Shown here in pieces: positions 62,706 through 64,000 of a DNA stretch of 64,000 nucleotides (positions are counted from its first letter, which is position 1; every line of letters starts with the position of its first letter). Source of the stretch: Bacteroidales bacterium (GTDB lineage Bacteria > Bacteroidota > Bacteroidia > Bacteroidales > FEN-979); NCBI GenBank assembly GCA_025355465.1, contig JANXZO010000075.1:51564-115563 (forward strand), in the 5' to 3' direction. Below the pieces are notes generated by a model, which worked only from the letters and a program-made list of their open reading frames with translations, was not told the DNA's origin and made no database searches. The position numbers and the translations under genes are program-made.

Positions 62706-63548
62706 TCAGAGTTCAATCTCCCGGGTTGTGCTCCAATCAACCATTTTATTTGCTTTTTCCACGCTAACAAAATCAAAGTCATTTAAAAGTTTTTGAAATT
62801 TTGCAAAGGAGGATGATAAACCTACATATGATTTAAATTTACGCATCGGAGGTAGTGAATCAATCATCGGTTGATCAGGATCAAAATCTCGGGTATGGAA
62901 ATAGGTCATCATGTAATCTGACCTAGATGTCCAATGTTTGATAAGCCAGTAAGGAAAAAGGCGAAAAAAGCCACCTCCCGAAAACACCAAATTTTTACCA
63001 AGAATGTTTTGAATATTTATCGGAAATTCTTTTATTTGGCTGCCATTGGGCAGTTTTAGTAAAGCAGGTTCAGCTTTGCCATAACTTGCAAAACCTCCAT
63101 AATCATGTCTGGCTGGTAATATGGAACAATCATATTCAAATCCCAGTTCGGTTAATACTTCCAGTGCCCATGTGTTTTTTTTAGTAATGGAAAAACCGGG
63201 AGCACGAAAAGCATTAATCGATTCTCCAATGAGATCCTCAATGAGTTTCTTGGATTTTTCTGTATCCTTTTTGAATGCCTCTCTGTCAAATCTGAAGGCT
63301 AACTCATGCTGATAGGAATGGCAACCGATATGGTGACCATGAGCATGTATAGAGAGTATGGCTTCTGGATGCTTCTCGGCAATCCATCCCAGGCAAAAAA
63401 ATGTTGCTTTAAGGTTGCGACTATCCAATTCCTGAAGAATGTGATTTACTCCTTCGTATATCCTAACCTCATACTTGTCCCAGTTAAAATCAGTGGTAAT
63501 AAAATCACAACTATACCAATCTTCTATGTCGAACGTAAGGATGTTCAT
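62706..63548 (-). CDS. Polysaccharide deacetylase with DUF3473-like C-terminus (exosortase/PEP-CTERM-locus type)
   Basis: NILTFDIEDW N-terminus, His cluster HAHGHHIGCHSYQH, FRAPGFS motif. 280 aa. Confidence 0.82.
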   Translation of the reverse strand: MNILTFDIEDWYSCDFITTDFNWDKYEVRIYEGVNHILQELDSRNLKATFFCLGWIAEKHPEAILSIHAHGHHIGCHSYQHELAFRFDREAFKKDTEKSKKLIEDLIGESINAFRAPGFSITKKNTWALEVLTELGFEYDCSILPARHDYGGFASYGKAEPALLKLPNGSQIKEFPINIQNILGKNLVFSGGGFFRLFPYWLIKHWTSRSDYMMTYFHTRDFDPDQPMIDSLPPMRKFKSYVGLSSSFAKFQKLLNDFDFVSVEKANKMVDWSTTREIEL

Positions 63549-63556
63549 ATTAACAA

Positions 63557-64000
63557 TTACCGAACATCGAAATTTAGTAAGCCATAATTCCAGTTATTAA
63601 ATTCCAATATATCAGAATACATAGCTGAATATTCTTCATTTATTATATCGCAAGTTAACGGAAGCCTTTTTGGCTCAAATCTTTTTGGTACGTGTATCAG
63701 AAGCATCTGAAACAGCTTCATTGGACCAACATACAAAACAATGTCTGCATCTGTCTTCCTTACGATATAACTCACCCCTTTGTATAAAGCCTTAAATGAG
63801 AGACGATCCTTTTGTTTTGCATCTATAAGGTATGCAGTTTTTACACCGTTCTCATCATAGAGTCGATAATAGAATGTTATATCTCCTGTAACAATTTTGC
63901 AATATTCCTGTGTGAATCTGTTATTGCAGAATGCCTCACCTGTGATCAGTTCATACATCGATTGCCTTTCTTTATTATTGGTAATCAATGAAATTATAGC
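63557..64000 (-). CDS. Hypothetical protein, C-terminal part (ORF runs out of the window); possibly an acyltransferase of the EPS locus
   Basis: The frame stays open to base 64000, and the listed start at 63988 is only a TTG. No motif recognised with confidence. Confidence 0.35.
   Translation of the reverse strand, partial: AIISLITNNKERQSMYELITGEAFCNNRFTQEYCKIVTGDITFYYRLYDENGVKTAYLIDAKQKDRLSFKALYKGVSYIVRKTDADIVLYVGPMKLFQMLLIHVPKRFEPKRLPLTCDIINEEYSAMYSDILEFNNWNYGLLNFDVR

Overview
This 64-kb window looks like a Bacteroidota-type chromosome. That is an inference from gene content and synteny: DUF177-rpmF-plsX-fabH, glmS-DUF4270-GT5 'glycogen-synthase-like', a fused CcsBA, TAnnTTTG-type -7 boxes, and an XrtF-like exosortase. 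No rRNA, tRNA or CRISPR was recognised.

Four zones:
1. Housekeeping genes at 1-3.6 kb and 18-44.4 kb. These include mutS2, csp, M16 and S41 peptidases, an acyl-CoA ligase, glmS and lipid-synthesis genes. There is also an unusual 1,078-aa multi-cofactor oxidoreductase fusion lying convergent with proline dehydrogenase.
2. A compact ~14-kb multihaem-cytochrome cassette at 3.6-18 kb. Operon 1 is tetrahaem cytochrome, NHL propeller lipoprotein, pentahaem lipoprotein cytochrome, 655-aa beta-barrel, 15-haem cytochrome. Operon 2 is NHL propeller, 12-haem cytochrome, a histidine kinase with a periplasmic CXXCH, and a sigma-54 activator. A CcsBA maturase is divergent from operon 2. The four cytochromes carry 36 haem-binding motifs. 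I read this as a porin-cytochrome-like extracellular or periplasm-spanning electron-transfer module and consider it the most interesting system here.
3. A decayed accessory zone at 44.4-59.1 kb. It holds AAA/STAND-type ATPases, higBA, a gmd stub, SNF2 helicase remnants, a Wzi-like protein and duplicated WecA/MraY-family genes. Nearly every intergenic space is filled with 'morphing' 7- and 8-bp tandem-repeat arrays plus a ~155-bp MITE-like hairpin element.
4. A low-GC exosortase-type polysaccharide locus at 59.1-64 kb.

Several genes carry frameshifts or nonsense codons (acyltransferase, TPR protein, sodB, a wecA paralog). These are either real decay or indel errors in the assembly.

All calls rest on reading motifs by eye. 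No database search was possible, and motif coordinates were counted manually, so they may be off by 1-2 nt.
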